A program made the translations under genes and the position numbers. This document shows, in pieces, positions 42,200 through 57,059 of a stretch of 64,000 nt of DNA. The DNA is from Octopus vulgaris (taxonomy: Eukaryota), in NCBI GenBank assembly GCA_951406725.2, contig OX597823.1, forward strand, positions 55,924,001 to 55,988,000, in the 5' to 3' direction. The notes beneath the pieces are model-generated. The model was not told the origin of the DNA. It searched no databases and saw nothing but the letters and a program-made list of their open reading frames with translations. Position 1 is the first letter of the stretch. Each line of letters starts with the position of its first letter.

Positions 42200-43657
42200 C
42201 TTTGCTCGTCTCTTCTCTAACTCTCAGTCATACTTTATATCATACCTTGATACTATGTGGATTAGGTTCCTCGCTGATAAAAAATAAAGTATTGGACACT
42301 TACGCTATCAAATTACTAGCCCCAGTTTCTGAAGCTGCTGGTTTTACTGACAATATAAACGATTTGGCTGCTCATTTCTCTAGGACTACTTGGATTGATG
42401 TAGATACTTCTAATGAAGCCATGATAAAGATCAATTAAATCTGGTTAGCCACCGCCTCAATCTACAGAGAAATAGTTAGATTTGTCAGTCTCCGAAGTGG
42501 GTTGATATGTAAATGGTAATTATGCCTGAAAGAGTTATTTCCCTCTAGCTTCGGTTTATCATTTATTTCCCTTGGATTTTATTAGCAGCCGGCTGTATTG
42601 TGTTGTTAATTTAAAGTTTATGATTCAACAGTAAAGCAGTCTCAATAGAAATTCAATATCAAACTGCGAGAAAAACAAATATCTTTGAATGTTTCGTACT
42701 AAGTAAATATTGATTTCTAACATGGAAGAAGATTAGTTTTTGTCCGTTGACGAAAAAGGAATGATATTTGAATTGATACTTTTCATCGATCCAGGAGGAA
42801 TAACAGATAAAAATCAAAGTTGATAGAATTGCAACTGACAACTTAGGGAATTAGAGGATCAGAAGTTCTTTTATTCTTTAGACGATCTTCTAAGAAGGTC
42901 ACCTCTCCCATCTGAATAAATTCATTTTGGGTATGTAGAGAAGATCTATGTGCTGCAGTTCTACGTGCTAAAAGTAGCGGCCAAATCTCTTTCAAATCGC
43001 AGTAGACACTCTAAAAAGGAAAATGGAATGGGTATTGCTTTGATTGTCAATCTGTTCGATAACGGCTGACCCGAATTTAAATTGTATCTATATCGTATAC
43101 AGTGGTCTCTCTCAGCACAGTAGAATGTTGTTTAATCTCGATTTAAAAAAGCATGAAGAGTTATCTCCCTTATATATATATATATATAGTCTTTTACTCT
43201 TTTACTTGCTTCAGTCGTTTGACTGCGGCCATGCTGGAGCACCGCCTTTAGTCGAGCAAATCGGCCCCAGGACTTATTCTTTGTAAGCCTAGTACTTATT
43301 ATATTGGTCTTTTTTGCCGAACTGCTAAGTTACAGGGAAGTAAACACACCAGCATCGGTTGTCAAGCGATGTTGGGGGGACAAACACAGACACACAGACA
43401 CACAGACGCACACACATATATGTATACAAATACATATATACGACGGGCTTTTTTGCGTTTCCGTTTACCAAATCCACTCACAAGGCTTTGGTCAGCCCGA
43501 GTCTATAGTAGAAGACACTTGCTGAAGGTGCCACGCAGTGGGACTGAACCCGGAACCATGTGGTTGGTAAGCAAGCTACTTACCACACAGCCACTCCTAT
43601 ATATATAGGGGATTAGCTGGAAGGGATATCGAAGAAATATATCTGTACCTGCCTTCA

Positions 43658-43712
<55 letters not shown>

Positions 43713-44131
43713 TTAGATGCTATATACACTTGGAAGGATAATCTCAGCTAACGGAAGATTTTTAACTCACTATAATCTATATAAGTTGATTACATCGACC
43801 TCAGTATTTAAGTGGTACTTATTTTATCGACCCCGTGAGGGGAAGAAAGGTTAAGTCGATCTCGGCGGACTTTGAACTAAGATTGTAAAGACACACGAAA
43901 TGCCGCTAAGCTCGGCGTGTTAACGATTCTGCCAGTTGCCACCTTATTTCATTATATTACAGTAGGCGTAGGAGTGGCCGTGTGGTGGGTGGCTTGCTTA
44001 CGAACCACATGTTTCCGGGTTCAGTCCAACTGCGTGGCACCTTGGGCAAGTGTCTTCTTCTATTGACCGGAGCCTTATGAGTGGATTTGGTAGACGGAAA
44101 CTGAAAGAAGCCCGTCGTATATATGTGTGTG

Positions 44132-44215
<84 letters not shown>

Positions 44216-44561
44216 TGTATGTATGTATGTGTGTGTGTATATGTTTGTGTGTCTGTGTTTGTCTCCTCCCCACCGACATCGTATTAGACCCACGAAGAAT
44301 AAGTCCCGGAGTCGATTTGCTCGACTAAAGGTGGTGATCCAGCATAGCCGCAGTCAAATGGCTGAAACATATAAAAGAATCAGTTTTGGTCATTTAGGGC
44401 TTTTCTCGGTCCGGGCTATACTAGAAGACACCTGCCAAAGTGCAATGCAGTGACACTGAATCCGAAACCACAATCTTCTCACCTTCCCGGGTGTTGAACT
44501 ACTACACCTGTTTTTTGTTTATACACTTGGCTTCGTCTTTTGTTTCTCTGTAAATTCCAAC

Positions 44562-44631
<70 letters not shown>

Positions 44632-46189
44632 TATATGGGTACAGGACGTGACCAACTGTAAACAACAGGAAGCACGAATACAAATAAGTTAAATACGCAA
44701 ACAACGAGAGAAAACAATGGAAAACAGCCTTCATCAGTTCTCCACCGTCTGTCTCCTCCTCATTTAGAGCATTCAACGACAATATGAGTGTTCGAAGACA
44801 GTTGCACCATAAATTCCAAAATAAAATGTTGGCTTTATGGAGGGTCAAAGTTGGGAAGGAAAACAGGACAGTGGAGCTATACAAGGGGTCCGAACGGAAA
44901 CAAACATGGAGGGTCGTTAGACCAGGACGAGGGGGGAAATAGCGAACGCTGAGAGAAATACATGTATATATACATAAGAATAAATGTTTTATATATAAAG
45001 AACGTGATACATACATACATGTGTAGGTATGTATATATATGTATGTATATATGCATATATTTATATATTATTTATATTATATATGTGTGTGTGTAAATGT
45101 GTGTGTGTGTGCGTGTAGTATTTCTGTGCGTGTGTGTTTGTATATATGTGAGGGATGTCTGTGTAAGGGTGTGAGTCAACGAGCTGGTGTTCGATTCGAT
45201 CGAGAGAAGCGACAGACGCGGTGAAAAGTGTGTGGGTTGCTGTGTGTGCGAATTTTTCGTTCAGGGCAAGGTTATAAGAGAAATCTCAATCGATCTGAAA
45301 TGGAGGTAGTAATTGCTATTAATAAAGACTTCATATAAATATATTTACATGGAGCACGAAAAATATATAGCAGAAGTACAGAATAAAATGTGAAGAAAAT
45401 AATATGTAAATATTAAATTCGATATAGACTTCAAATTTTGGCACAAGACCAGAAAGTCCGTATCAGTGGAGTAAGCCTATTTCTTTACTACCCACAAGGG
45501 GCTAAACACAGAGAGGACAAACAAGGACAGACAAACGGATTAAGTCGATTGTATCGACCCCAGTGCGTAACTGGTACTTATTTAATCGACCCCGAAAGGA
45601 TGAAAGGCAAAGTCAACCTCGGCGGAATTTGAACTCAGAACGTAACGGCAGACGAAATACCTGTTTCTTTACTACCCACAAGGGGCTAAACACAGAGAGG
45701 ACAAACAAGGACAGACAAACGGATTAAGTCGATTGTATCGACCCCAGTGCGTAACTGGTACTTATTTAATCGACCCCGAAAGGATGAAAGGCAAAGTCGA
45801 CCTCGGCGGAGTTTGAACTCAGAACGTAACGGCAGTCGAAATACGGCTACGCATTCGCCCAGCCTGCTAACATTTCTGCCAGCTCGCCGCCGTCAGTGGA
45901 GTAAGCCGATTACATCGACCTCTAAGCTCAACTGGTACTCATCGACCTTGAAAGGAGTGACAGGTAAAGTCGGCCTCAGCGGAATTTGAACTCAAAACTC
46001 AAGAGGGGAACGAAATGCAATATGCAGAGGCTGTAAGAAGTGTAGCTGTTGAACAACAGTCTTTTTTTTTTCTCTTTTACATGGCCGAGAAGACAGTACA
46101 GTAACTGACATGGCTGCAAACTCAATGCACACGACTGCCTCAGGTGACGGACCCACTAATACCATTAACACCTACCCAAATATTACACT

Positions 46190-47000
46190 CATATTCCTAT
46201 TGAACACAGGTCTACTGCAACAGAGGTAAAATTATCTGTCTAAAAGAGGTTTTTGCACGCAATCAAACAACATGCAACATGTATCTAACCTCTAATTTGA
46301 CAGAATTGGAAATACACATACCAGGACATGCTGTGTTTCGTACAGACAGAAGAGAAAGAAGTTACGGATGAGTTGCTATGTACATCCGCAAATATATCAC
46401 ACCACTTGTAGTGTTGTCAGATTCAAACTCAGTTTGCGACACCTTAATAATACATATAAAGAAGTTGACGTAGCCGTATGCTCAACATATTGTCCGCCAA
46501 ATATCACAAATGATGACAAATTTGAGGATAGCCACAGACACATAGAAGAGGTATTGACATACGTAGATCAGCACATTAATATGCTCCTCCTGGGTGACCT
46601 CAACTTCCCAAATGTTAAATGACCTGAAGGCCACATCTTCTCAGGGATGTCACTGCAGGAATAAAAGCATGTAGAGTCATTACTTGAACAATCTGCTAAG
46701 TTGTTCATGGAACAAATGATACTCAAGTGAACCAGAAGCTTCGCAAATAATGTGGTCCTTTTCCATACTGTGATGGTGACGCGAATACCACGCTCAGACC
46801 ACAACATTGTTGAACAAACTATGTATGGTCTTAAGCAAACTGTTGATATCTACCTCATCAGGAGGACTCAAGCCATATCCAACTTTAATTTCAATAAACC
46901 AAAATGGGAATCAATCTGCAAAGAGAGCCACAAACGAAACTGGTCCAACATTTTATGTATACAAGACATTGACATGAAATTCTGTCGCTTCTTGTTCTGC
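46190..47000 (+). pseudogene. LINE apurinic endonuclease (APE) domain remnant, CR1-group
   Basis: IPGHAVFRTDRRE, YCPPN, LLLGDLNFPNV, SDHNIV, FNFNKPKWESI. Confidence 0.8.
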
Positions 47001-47830
47001 TTATTCCACACACGCACGCACACACACACACATTGTAAATGTATATGTGCGTCTGTGTGCGCGTGTGTATGTATAAGTATGTATGTAGGTAGGTATGTAT
47101 ATATGTATATACGTACGTATGTATGTATAATATATAAACGACGGACTTGTTTCGGTTTCCACCGACCAAATCCACTCACAAGCCTTTGGTTGTCGCAAGG
47201 CTATATTAGAAAATACTTACACAAGTTGCCTGCAATCGCATTGTTTCTACGGTTTAGATAGATGTAGGACAGTTCCCATAACTAGTACAGAGAGATGTGA
47301 CAGGGTGACGGGTAGTAGGATGATGAGGACTTGTTATGCTAAAAGAAGTAAAGTTGAGCTAGGAGGAAAGAATGAACGGGTAGGAGGAGGTAATAGTTGG
47401 GGGAAGAATGTAGCGGTTTATCGATGAGGAAACCAAGGCGAAAGATGGTAGAATAGAGCAATGAAGAGCAAACCGTGGAGAACTGACAAAGTGAAAAATT
47501 GGGAAATTGAAAAATGAAGAATGAAAAACGAAAAACGTAAAGAGAAAAATTATTTTTTAAATATTTTAAAATATTTAAGAATATTAAGGAATTAAAATTA
47601 AATTTTTAAGAGACTATCTAAAATAGAGAAATTGAGATATTGATATAAATATATATATTTGAACTGTGAACAGGGAGGTCTTTGGAAATCTTCATTTCAG
47701 AAAACCCGGATTTTTTTGGATTTTTTTTCCTCGAATTTTTCAAGTTCAAAGATTCAGAAGTTTCAAAGGTTTAGAAAGATTAAGAGTTTGACAGGTTTAG
47801 TGGTTTTTGAGAGAGAGAGAGAGAGGGGGG

Positions 47831-47950
<120 letters not shown>

Positions 47951-47954
47951 GGAG

Positions 47955-50340
47955 ACCTATTGTTGGCGTGTGGTCTGTGTGTAGTCTTGTTATTGGGCTA
48001 AGTGAGCACTTTCGGATCTATAATTTCTTCATCAGACTTTTCATTTTACACGGTTGTTGCTGCAGGCGTTGGTTAGAAGCTGCATTAGTTAGAATTTCCA
48101 GAGGCAGTAAATAAATTTCCAACCGCCAAGCTCGTTCCGGCGGTTGAGGCTGGGCGCTTTCTTCCTGATGAAATGAGCCTCCTTTATTCAGAGTTTAACT
48201 GCATCTGTATCCGGATGAAGAATTCTCCATCGCAGTGCTGGTGGTATTGTAATATGGCGCTGGGTGTTGTGGCCTTATGAAGATGTTCTTTTACTCTGAC
48301 ATGGGACTGTCGTTTGGTCGATCCAATAGTAAGTACAGGTCACTTCATGTATTATATTTGTTTGAAAACATAACCTGGTACTGTTCGTTGGTTGTCTGGC
48401 TCTGATGGGGCATTAGTTCTAGCACTATGCGTTCTGCATGTTGTTGTTGTGGGAGAGATATTATCTTAGGGTGTGGCCTCGCCTCGTGATTCTGAGAGGG
48501 AGGCCAGACTTTCTGGCGACGTTCCTTAGTTGGTTTTCAACCGTTTTTCCATAGTACAGAAAGTTGATATATGTCCACCTAATATCTTTTCTTCTCTCTC
48601 TCTCTCTCTCTCTCTTTCACTTCCTCTTTGTCTACTTTCTTTTTTCCTTCCATCGTTGTATCTGTTGTATCCGTTGGTGTCTTTGTTGCTGTTTCTGTTG
48701 TATCTGTTGTTATTGTTATTGTTGTTAATGCAATTAACGTCATCGATGCGTCAGTCGTCGTTGTTGTTGCCGTTGCTTCCGTTGCTACCGTTGCTTCCGT
48801 TGCTACCGTTGCTTCTTCTTCTTCTTCTTCTTCTTCTTCTTCTTCTTCTTCTTCTTCTTCTTCTTCTTCTTCTTCTTCTTCTTCTTCTTCTTCTTCTTCT
48901 TCTTCTTCTTCTTCCAATCAGGACTCACGCCATTAGCCACAAATAATAATCTCTAATTCGAGCCTACTCTAACCTACTAAGAATGCGTGTGGCAACTTGA
49001 AGACCCACCCACCACACTCGAAAGACTGATGGTTACACGGGCACAAAAGCTACGTTGTTATCCTCATTCCGTAAACGGTAGCTTTTAACGGGTAGAGAGC
49101 TGAACCATCCTGGGGTACAGAGGATTCGCAATCTAGACTAGGGTCCGAAAGTTTACCATACCATAGTGGGTTACACCATGGTTCCTCTTCTTTGTGGCAG
49201 AAGTAGGAAGAAAGAGTGAGAGAAAGTTACAATGAAAGAGTACAGCGGGGTTCACCACCATCACTCCGCCGGAGCCTAGTGGAGCTTAGGTGTTTTCGCT
49301 CAATAAACACTCACAATGCCCGGTCTGGGAATCAAAACCGCGTTCTTACGACTGCGAGTCCGCTGCCCTAACCACTGATGCTACTGCTGAAGTTGTTGTT
49401 GCCGCCGTTGTTGTTGGTGGTGATGGTCTTGTCGTGGAACCTTAGTGTTTGTCTGTTACGCACTTTCTCACACACTCTCTTTATGAACCTGGGTCTGTAT
49501 CCTCTACAGTACAGCACTCTGATGAAATATTTCCTCGCGTTGTCCTTTACACCAGCTTCGTCTCAACTATTTATGCGGTGGTTAAGCTCATTAAGGGCTA
49601 TATTATGTTTTAATGTCTATGGGTACGCTGAATCCGAATGGAGGAAGTTGTCTTTCTTCGCCTCATTCTCGAAGAAGAGGATTGTGGCATGTCCCGATGT
49701 GAAGGATACGTTGAAGTCTAAGAGGCTCAGCGAGTCATTTGCGGTTGAGTGTTCAATATCGAATTGGATGTTGTGGTGAAGGTTGTTAAAGACATTATGG
49801 ATCTTGATCTCCTCATCTCCGGTATAGGGTGATGTGTCGTCTTGCGTAGAATGCTTGGCGCTCCAGTTTGTCCAGGGTAAAGGTGGCCAGGATGCCACTG
49901 AATTTGGATCCCATTTGGAGGCTGCTGCGTTGTCAATATGTGGTGTTTTTGTACCAGAAGTATGTGTTAGCAGTGCAGAAATCCAGGATGAATTTGAGAC
50001 CTGCTGGTGGAAAGGCGGTGGCTAGCTTGTGGCTTCACTCTGGTCTCTCTTGGATTGTTAATATAGCCTCAGCCGGTGGTATGCTGGTGCACATAGACCG
50101 TACGTCTAGGCTGAAGGGGTAGTTGTTGTCCGAGACGGTTCTGGGCGGGAGCTTACGAAGTAGCTCGATAAGTTGCCAGCTGCCCTCAAAGTGTGCTGGT
50201 ATGTGTGCCAACAGTGACTTGAGGAGTCATTCTACAATTCATTCCATCTTCCGAAGAGGAGATTTGTGCCGGCGACGATCGGAAGTAATTTGAGTTGCCT
50301 CGGGTCGTTGGTTTCCTTGTGCGTTTATATTTGGCAATAG
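47955..50340 (-). mobile_element. Degenerate Penelope-like element (RT and GIY-YIG) interrupted by SINE D and microsatellites
   Basis: FSLDVRSMCTSIP (motif A), QRSSLQMGSKFSGILA (motif B), FNNLHHNIQFDIE...LSLLDF, LHSDSA.P at ~49430-50190. CPI...LCFQTNIIHEVTC...IKEAHFI at ~48130-48570. Hammerhead at 48000-48039. Confidence 0.85.
48000..48039 (-). ncRNA. Minimal hammerhead motif at PLE 3' end
   Basis: Reverse complement: aagu-CUGAUGA-a-gaaauuauagaucc-GAA-AGUGCU-C-acuu. Helix I aagu/acuu, CUC cleavage triplet, helix II decayed. Confidence 0.6.
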
Positions 50341-51704
50341 AACAGTGAAAAAAAAAAACTTTCCGTGTTTTCTCAAACAAGGAATACCAAAGACCTCCTC
50401 ACTCTTCATTGTTCATATGAATATATTTATATTAATACCTCAGTTTCTCATCATCTTTAAGATGGTTTTTTATTTATCTTCTATTCTTTTTTAAATGTCT
50501 TAAATATGTTTTTCTCTTTACGTTTTTCGTTTTTCATTCTTCATTCTTCATTTTTCAGTTTCCCAAGTCTTCATTGTGTCAGTTCTCTACAGTTTTCTCT
50601 TCATTGCTCTATTCTACCATCTTTCACCCTTAGCCCTTGGTTTTCCCATCGGTAAACCGCTACACTCCTCCCCCAAGTATCACCTCCTCCTTCTACCTGT
50701 TCATTCTTTCCTCCTAGCTCAACTTTACTTCTCTTATCATCGTACCCCCGCTCACTATCCTACTATAGCATCACCCTGTCACATCTCTCAGTACTAGATC
50801 ACGACCCTGTTGCCTGAGATACACCAATATCTTTTAACTTCTATGACACTTTTCATGCTCTTGCAAGAATGGTGTAGTGTGAAGAAGTTTTGTCCGATAC
50901 TTGCAACACAGTGGACTCAAGTGACAATATTAAATCACGAAAGCATTAAATCCATCTCTGCAACAAAGAATGTTAACAAATAGGTGAACGGTAAGAAACT
51001 GAGCTCAAATCACTGAATTAATGCTGCTAGCCATTACACAATAACAGTACTTTTTATTGTTAATATAAAAGCGGTGAGCTGGCAAAATCGTTAGAACCGC
51101 CGGCCAAAATATTTAGCAGCATTTCCACCGGCTTAACGTTCTGAGCTCGAATTCTGCCGTGGTCGACTTTGCCTCTCATTCTATCGGAGTCGATAAAAAC
51201 ATGTAGCAGTTGAATAGTTGGATGGATGTAACTGACTAAACCACCATCGAAATTTCAGGCCTTCAGCTTATAGTAGAATAGCTTGCACAATATGCCTTAT
51301 GTTGTTTAATTTAGGCTCCTTACCTTCTGAGTTCAAGTTTCGATGTGATTATCTGCGTCATTCATCCCACAGAGCTTGAAAAAATAATATGCAGTCAAGT
51401 ATTTGGGTCGTTTATATCTGCTATATACTCGACCCCAAATTTTTCTTCTTTTTTATTTTATTAGGCAAATATTAGAAGTCAGGAATTATGGAGGTGAACT
51501 TGCCAGACAAGCAATTTAATTTAAGACAGTGTGTTGAAACTAATTCCACGATTGCAGCGTGGAAGGCACGTGTTAGCCATTCAGAAACATAGTGGTGACT
51601 TCAGTTAAACATTTATTGTTTGTATTGTGGTATCAAAAGTTCTATCACTCGAAACCGCAACCCTGTCACTGACAATGTTATGCTGCACCTAATCATATCT
51701 AGAA

Positions 51705-51711
51705 TCTTGCA

Positions 51712-51768
<57 letters not shown>

Positions 51769-51779
51769 AGAATCTCGCA

Positions 51780-51828
<49 letters not shown>

Positions 51829-51839
51829 AGAATCTCGCA

Positions 51840-51876
<37 letters not shown>
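51705..51876. repeat. Triplicated ctagaatct(c/t)gcaacc unit separated by (TA)n
   Basis: Seen directly. Lies beside a decayed relative of the 5242-5390 PLE terminus at ~51550-51695. Confidence 0.85.
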
Positions 51877-51882
<6 letters not shown>

Positions 51883-52486
51883 CGACCACACAATATACAT
51901 CGCTGGTCACAATGCCTTTTTGCATCGTTTTAGCTTTCGAATAATGCTCTACTTTGCTGGCTAGGCAAGCAGGCCAATGTTCCTCCCGATCAGATCAGAA
52001 GGCTACTTTGTTATAGGGTTACCCATTTACAGCGAGGTGGACAGGAGCAAAGTCAACGCGCCGCCCACTCCGGGAATCGAACCCACGATCTAGCAATCGT
52101 ACGTGCAACCCCCTAACAACTAGTGTTGATTAATGAGTAGTTCGCTATTTTGAGTGACGAACATTTTGGTATCATATTGCAAACAATAAATGTTTATGTA
52201 AAGCTAACAGTCTGTTGTTTCTTTATAGTTACACTTGCATTCCACGCTACAGTGGTTTCAGAAGTCAATATTACAATTGAATATTTTCTCGACACTAAGT
52301 TTATTGATTTCCATACGAAGTCAAAAACTTCTCTCACATTCTTGGGGGTTTGAAAATTCCTCAAAAATGTAATTCATTTCTTTTTTTTATTATCATTTTA
52401 ACATTTTATTTTATTTTGCTTTTCACTTTCTTTCAGATAGGAACGTGCGTAAGAATGTATGTATGAATGTATGTATAGTATGTACA

Positions 52487-52523
<37 letters not shown>

Positions 52524-52543
52524 TGCATGTATGTAAGAATGCA

Positions 52544-52614
<71 letters not shown>

Positions 52615-52813
52615 CTATTTATTTATAAATAATGTTCTCTTTTATATATATATATTTATATATAATATATAATATATATGTATCGTTAGATAGATAGATA
52701 TATTCTCATACGTACGTATACATCTACATAATATGTGTATGCTGATGTGTATGTTGTGTGTTGTGTGTGCGTGTGTGTATGTGTGTGTATGTGTGTGTAT
52801 GTGTGTGTATGTG

Positions 52814-52867
<54 letters not shown>

Positions 52868-53147
52868 TGTATGTGTATGTGTGTCTATGTGCGCTCGTTG
52901 ACCTTTTCATTCTGACAGTTGGTTCCATTGTGCATTCGTTTCACTTCCTTAAATATTGGGGTTCAAGCTAAATATTCAAATTATTGTATGAAACTATTGC
53001 AACTTGTGCATTTTCCTTATATACATACAAACAAGCACACCTTCATACGTACATACATACATACATACATACATACATACATACATACATACATACATAC
53101 ATACATACACATATATAAATATATACATATATTAATGTGTATGTGTA

Positions 53148-53187
<40 letters not shown>

Positions 53188-53463
53188 TGTGTATATTTAT
53201 ACATATATACATACATGCATACATATATTTATATATACATATGTGTATGTATATATATAAGAGTAAATATACATATACACGCACACACACATACAAACGT
53301 GTCTATCTTTATATATATATATATATATGTATGTGTCTATGCCCATGCTTGTGTGTATGTGTCTGTGTTTGTGCTTATACTAATGTTTATGCAAGCTTAT
53401 ATGTACAGAGAGGGAGAGAAAGAGAGAGGCGGAGAAAGAGAGAGGCGGAGAAAGAGAGAGGCG

Positions 53464-53505
<42 letters not shown>

Positions 53506-53600
53506 TATTAATGGTTCTAGTGGACTTCAGTGTTTCCCTCGCTTTGTTTTTTTTTTTATAAGACTCTACAATTGTTTCAAAGTAATATATGATGATGATG

Positions 53601-53673
<73 letters not shown>

Positions 53674-53747
53674 CAATAATAATAGTTTCAAATTTTGCAC
53701 ATGAGCAAGACTTTTGGGCAAGGGGATGAGTCGATTACATCGACCCC

Positions 53748-53794
<47 letters not shown>

Positions 53795-54189
53795 GTAGAT
53801 TATTTTGTTGTTGTTGTTCTTGTTTGTCTCGTGATATTATTAAGTGGAGTATGTGTATTACTTCGCCTTTTCTTTCTTTTTTTTTTTTTATTTTTTCAAG
53901 CCAAAGGGTTAACCGAAACCACCTCTCGAGAGAGAAAGAGAAGAAGATGAAAAGAAAAAAAAACAAGAAAGAAAGCAGGGAAGAACCGAAATGATTCTTC
54001 AAGTATTGAGCTGCTACAGAAAGAGAGTGAATTATAAGCATAATCGAATGTCTGGAGGCCACGTTTGAATATTCTGAGATATTGATTGAACGGAGATGAT
54101 GTCTTTTTGCTTCGTTTTCTTTTCTTTTTTCTTTTTTTTTTTAACATGGTGGCTTTTGCATGGAACGATAATTCAAATGTGATCGTAAG

Positions 54190-57059
54190 TTAGTTTTTAG
54201 AAAGCCGTGATCTTAATTCCTTCTTTAGCAGTTTCATTAAGAACATGATAAATTCATCATCATCATCATAGACACTTTTCAGTTGTTTGATGAATGAATC
54301 TATTTCTGAAGGATTAAATTCTTTTTCGATACCTTCACCATCTCCTTGCGCAGAAGTGTCCTTTTGTTTAGAAATATTCATTGTTATTTTTAGTGGTGGC
54401 TTTTCGCCTACTATTTTATAAGAAGCCAGAGGAGATGGCGACTTTGTGCTTTGCGGCTTGCTATCGTCTGTCTTTGTACTTTCTGCTGATTCATTGCTAT
54501 CATCATTTCCTAATGTATTTCTCAAGCCAGCCGAGGAATTTGTAATAGTTATGTTGGTCATGAAGAGTGGTTTCATCATATCAGGTGCATCTTTATCATA
54601 CTCAGTGAATTTTTCGCCCAAATCATCGGGGTCATCTTTCTTTGACATTTTAGTTGTTATGTTCAAATGTATTCCATGCTTATGGTTATGCCTTTTGCTA
54701 TGGGATTTCGTCTTTGGCGCTTTTTGTTTGATTGAAACGCGATGTTTATTCCCCTTTTTTGCATGAGTCACCTTAATGGTCACGGATTTCTTTTTCTGCG
54801 CTTTCGGTTTCGTTTTTTTACGAGCAAACCAAGTACCTCTTTTATCTTTTCCCATTTCTATATGTTTTTTAATATCTGCCATAATCATCTTTTCAGCTCC
54901 ATTGTCATTATCGTCTTCATCCTGGTCGGAGACTGTGGGCAAGCTTATATCGCCATCAGAAGTACAGATTAGTTTGGTGCCAGATTTTATTTTAATTGTT
55001 TTACATTTATTATCACCATTATTATTGTCACCGTCACTATCGTCCCCTTCATCCTCATCCTCATCGTCGTCATCTTCATCGTCATTGTCTTCCTCGCCAT
55101 TTTCATCATCACCATTTTCTTCATCATCACTGTCATCACCATTATCCTCTTCATCATTATCACCATTACCATTCTCTTCATCACTATCATCATCCTCATC
55201 ACCGTTATCGTCATCTCCATTAAAGCTCTCCTCGCCCTCCCCCTCCTCCTCGTTCTCCTCGCTCTCTTCCGCCTCTTTCCCATTCATTCCTTTGCCATTT
55301 TTTATTTTCACGGAAAATTTTATTTTCTTGCCTTTTGATTTCGATTTTCCTGCTTTACCATTATGTCCATTTAGTTTCGCTTTTATTTTAATTTTGTGTA
55401 CTCCGCCGCGAGATTTTTCACCATTTTTGCTATCTTTCACATCCGTGGACTTCGCAGACGCAGACTTCTGTCCTTGTCTACCATTATTGCGCAAACGAAT
55501 AGTCACAGTTGTTGCATTTTTCCTTACCTTCAATTCCTTCAGTGCTCCCTCTTCCTCCTCTTCATCCTCCTCTTGTTCGCTCTCGTCATCGTCTTCTTCC
55601 TCTTCATCATCACCATTATCATCATCAATTTCACCACCATCATCATCACCGTTGCCATTCCCAATTTCATCATCGTCATCATCATCACTATCAGAACCAC
55701 CAGTATCTTCATTTTTATTACCGTTATAGCCACCAGTATCCTCATTTTTATTACCGTTACAGCCATCTTCAAAATTACCATTAACACAATTATTATTACC
55801 ATTACCATTGCCATTATTCCCATCATCATCGTCATCATCATCTTCCTCGGAATCGCTGTCACTGCTATTAGAACCGTTGTTATCTTCTCCTTCTTCATCA
55901 ACGACACCCATACCTAGCTCTGGTTCTCCTAATTTCATTTGCATCAGGTCGTCTTCATCATCATCATCTTCGTCTTCTGTTTCTTCATCACTCTCCTCTT
56001 CTCCGCTCTCATTCGCACTTTCAGCCGCCTTCTTTCCTGTTTCTTCCTCTCTCTCCAACGATTCTTTACTTTCTTTACTTTCCTCTTCTCCACCATCCTC
56101 ATCGTCCTCAGAATCGTCATCCTCATTTTCATCTTCTTTGGTAGCTTCGTCGCTTACGATTTTACTTCCTGCTTCACTCGACGCTTCAGCACCGCTTTGA
56201 CTGGCCTTGCTATCCGCGTCCTCACTATCTTCTCCATCCTCATCATTACCGAATCCTTGAGACAAATCACTATCATCAATAAGGAATTTTGATTGTCCTC
56301 GACTTTCACGCAAGTTACCAATATCTTTCACATTAATATCCATGAAGTTGTCGCTATGTCCCTTCGTTATACTACTATGCTCAGTATTAGTCCTAATTCT
56401 TTTAGGAATTGGAGTATCAAGCAATGTATCTCTATATGGATCTTCAACGCCTACCGGATCTGCTTTCGATAACATACTGCCATATTTAATCTCATCAAGT
56501 AGTCCTTTCAAAACTTTATTTCCGTTATCAAACGACTGACTCATATGAAAAACGTTACCAGGTCCGATATTTTCAAAACTTTTGGTAATATCACTCTTGA
56601 ACGGTAATGAGAATATTCTTTCTGTAAGTATTTTTCCATTCTCGGTTATGTTCTTAACGTTCTGTTTACTGTCTAGCCTGTCGTGGGTATCAATATCTGA
56701 TACCAGGTTGCTATCAGGTCCTATATCTTTTATCATGAAAACCTTAAAGGAATTTTTGCCGTTGAGATAAGCGTTCTTTTTTTCTATAAGATAGTTGATC
56801 TTCTGGTCAAATCTCTCGCCTTCCTCGAAGAGTTTATTCATGGTCCTCATACCAAGTTTGTAATCGTTTGTCCAGTGTGAAGAGCCGACGTTTGGCGTGA
56901 ACATCTGTCCGCGATGTGGTTCATAGCTGACCTCGTTTCTGATTGTCGCCTTGGTTTCTAAGTCATTAAACATGTGAGTTGCTGGAACTCGCGGATGACC
57001 CATACTGAACTTGTCGTTTTCAGATATCTCAGATGATGAACTTGAATCGGTTTCGTCGT
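54190..57059 (-). CDS. Terminal exon of a host gene encoding a large acidic D/E/N/G-rich low-complexity protein with Lys-rich blocks (at least 955 aa)
   Basis: 937-codon ORF, not microsatellite-derived (varied synonymous codons). The frame extends 56 nt upstream of the ATG (xDETDSSSSSEISENDKFS) to tttatttatttag|ac, a phase-1 acceptor at 57060/57059. TAA stop at 54190. Confidence 0.88.

Noticed and set aside
48130-48570. Selenocysteine read-through in the PLE endonuclease linker (known in Naiad PLEs)
   Set aside because: The in-frame stops around the Cys motif are TAA/TAG, not TGA, and the copy is frameshifted
48579-48917. Poly-Glu/Thr ORF
   Set aside because: It is the (GAA)n tail of a SINE plus adjacent microsatellite
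54446-56770. Plus-strand Ser/Leu/His-rich ORFs
   Set aside because: Antisense shadows of the acidic protein exon
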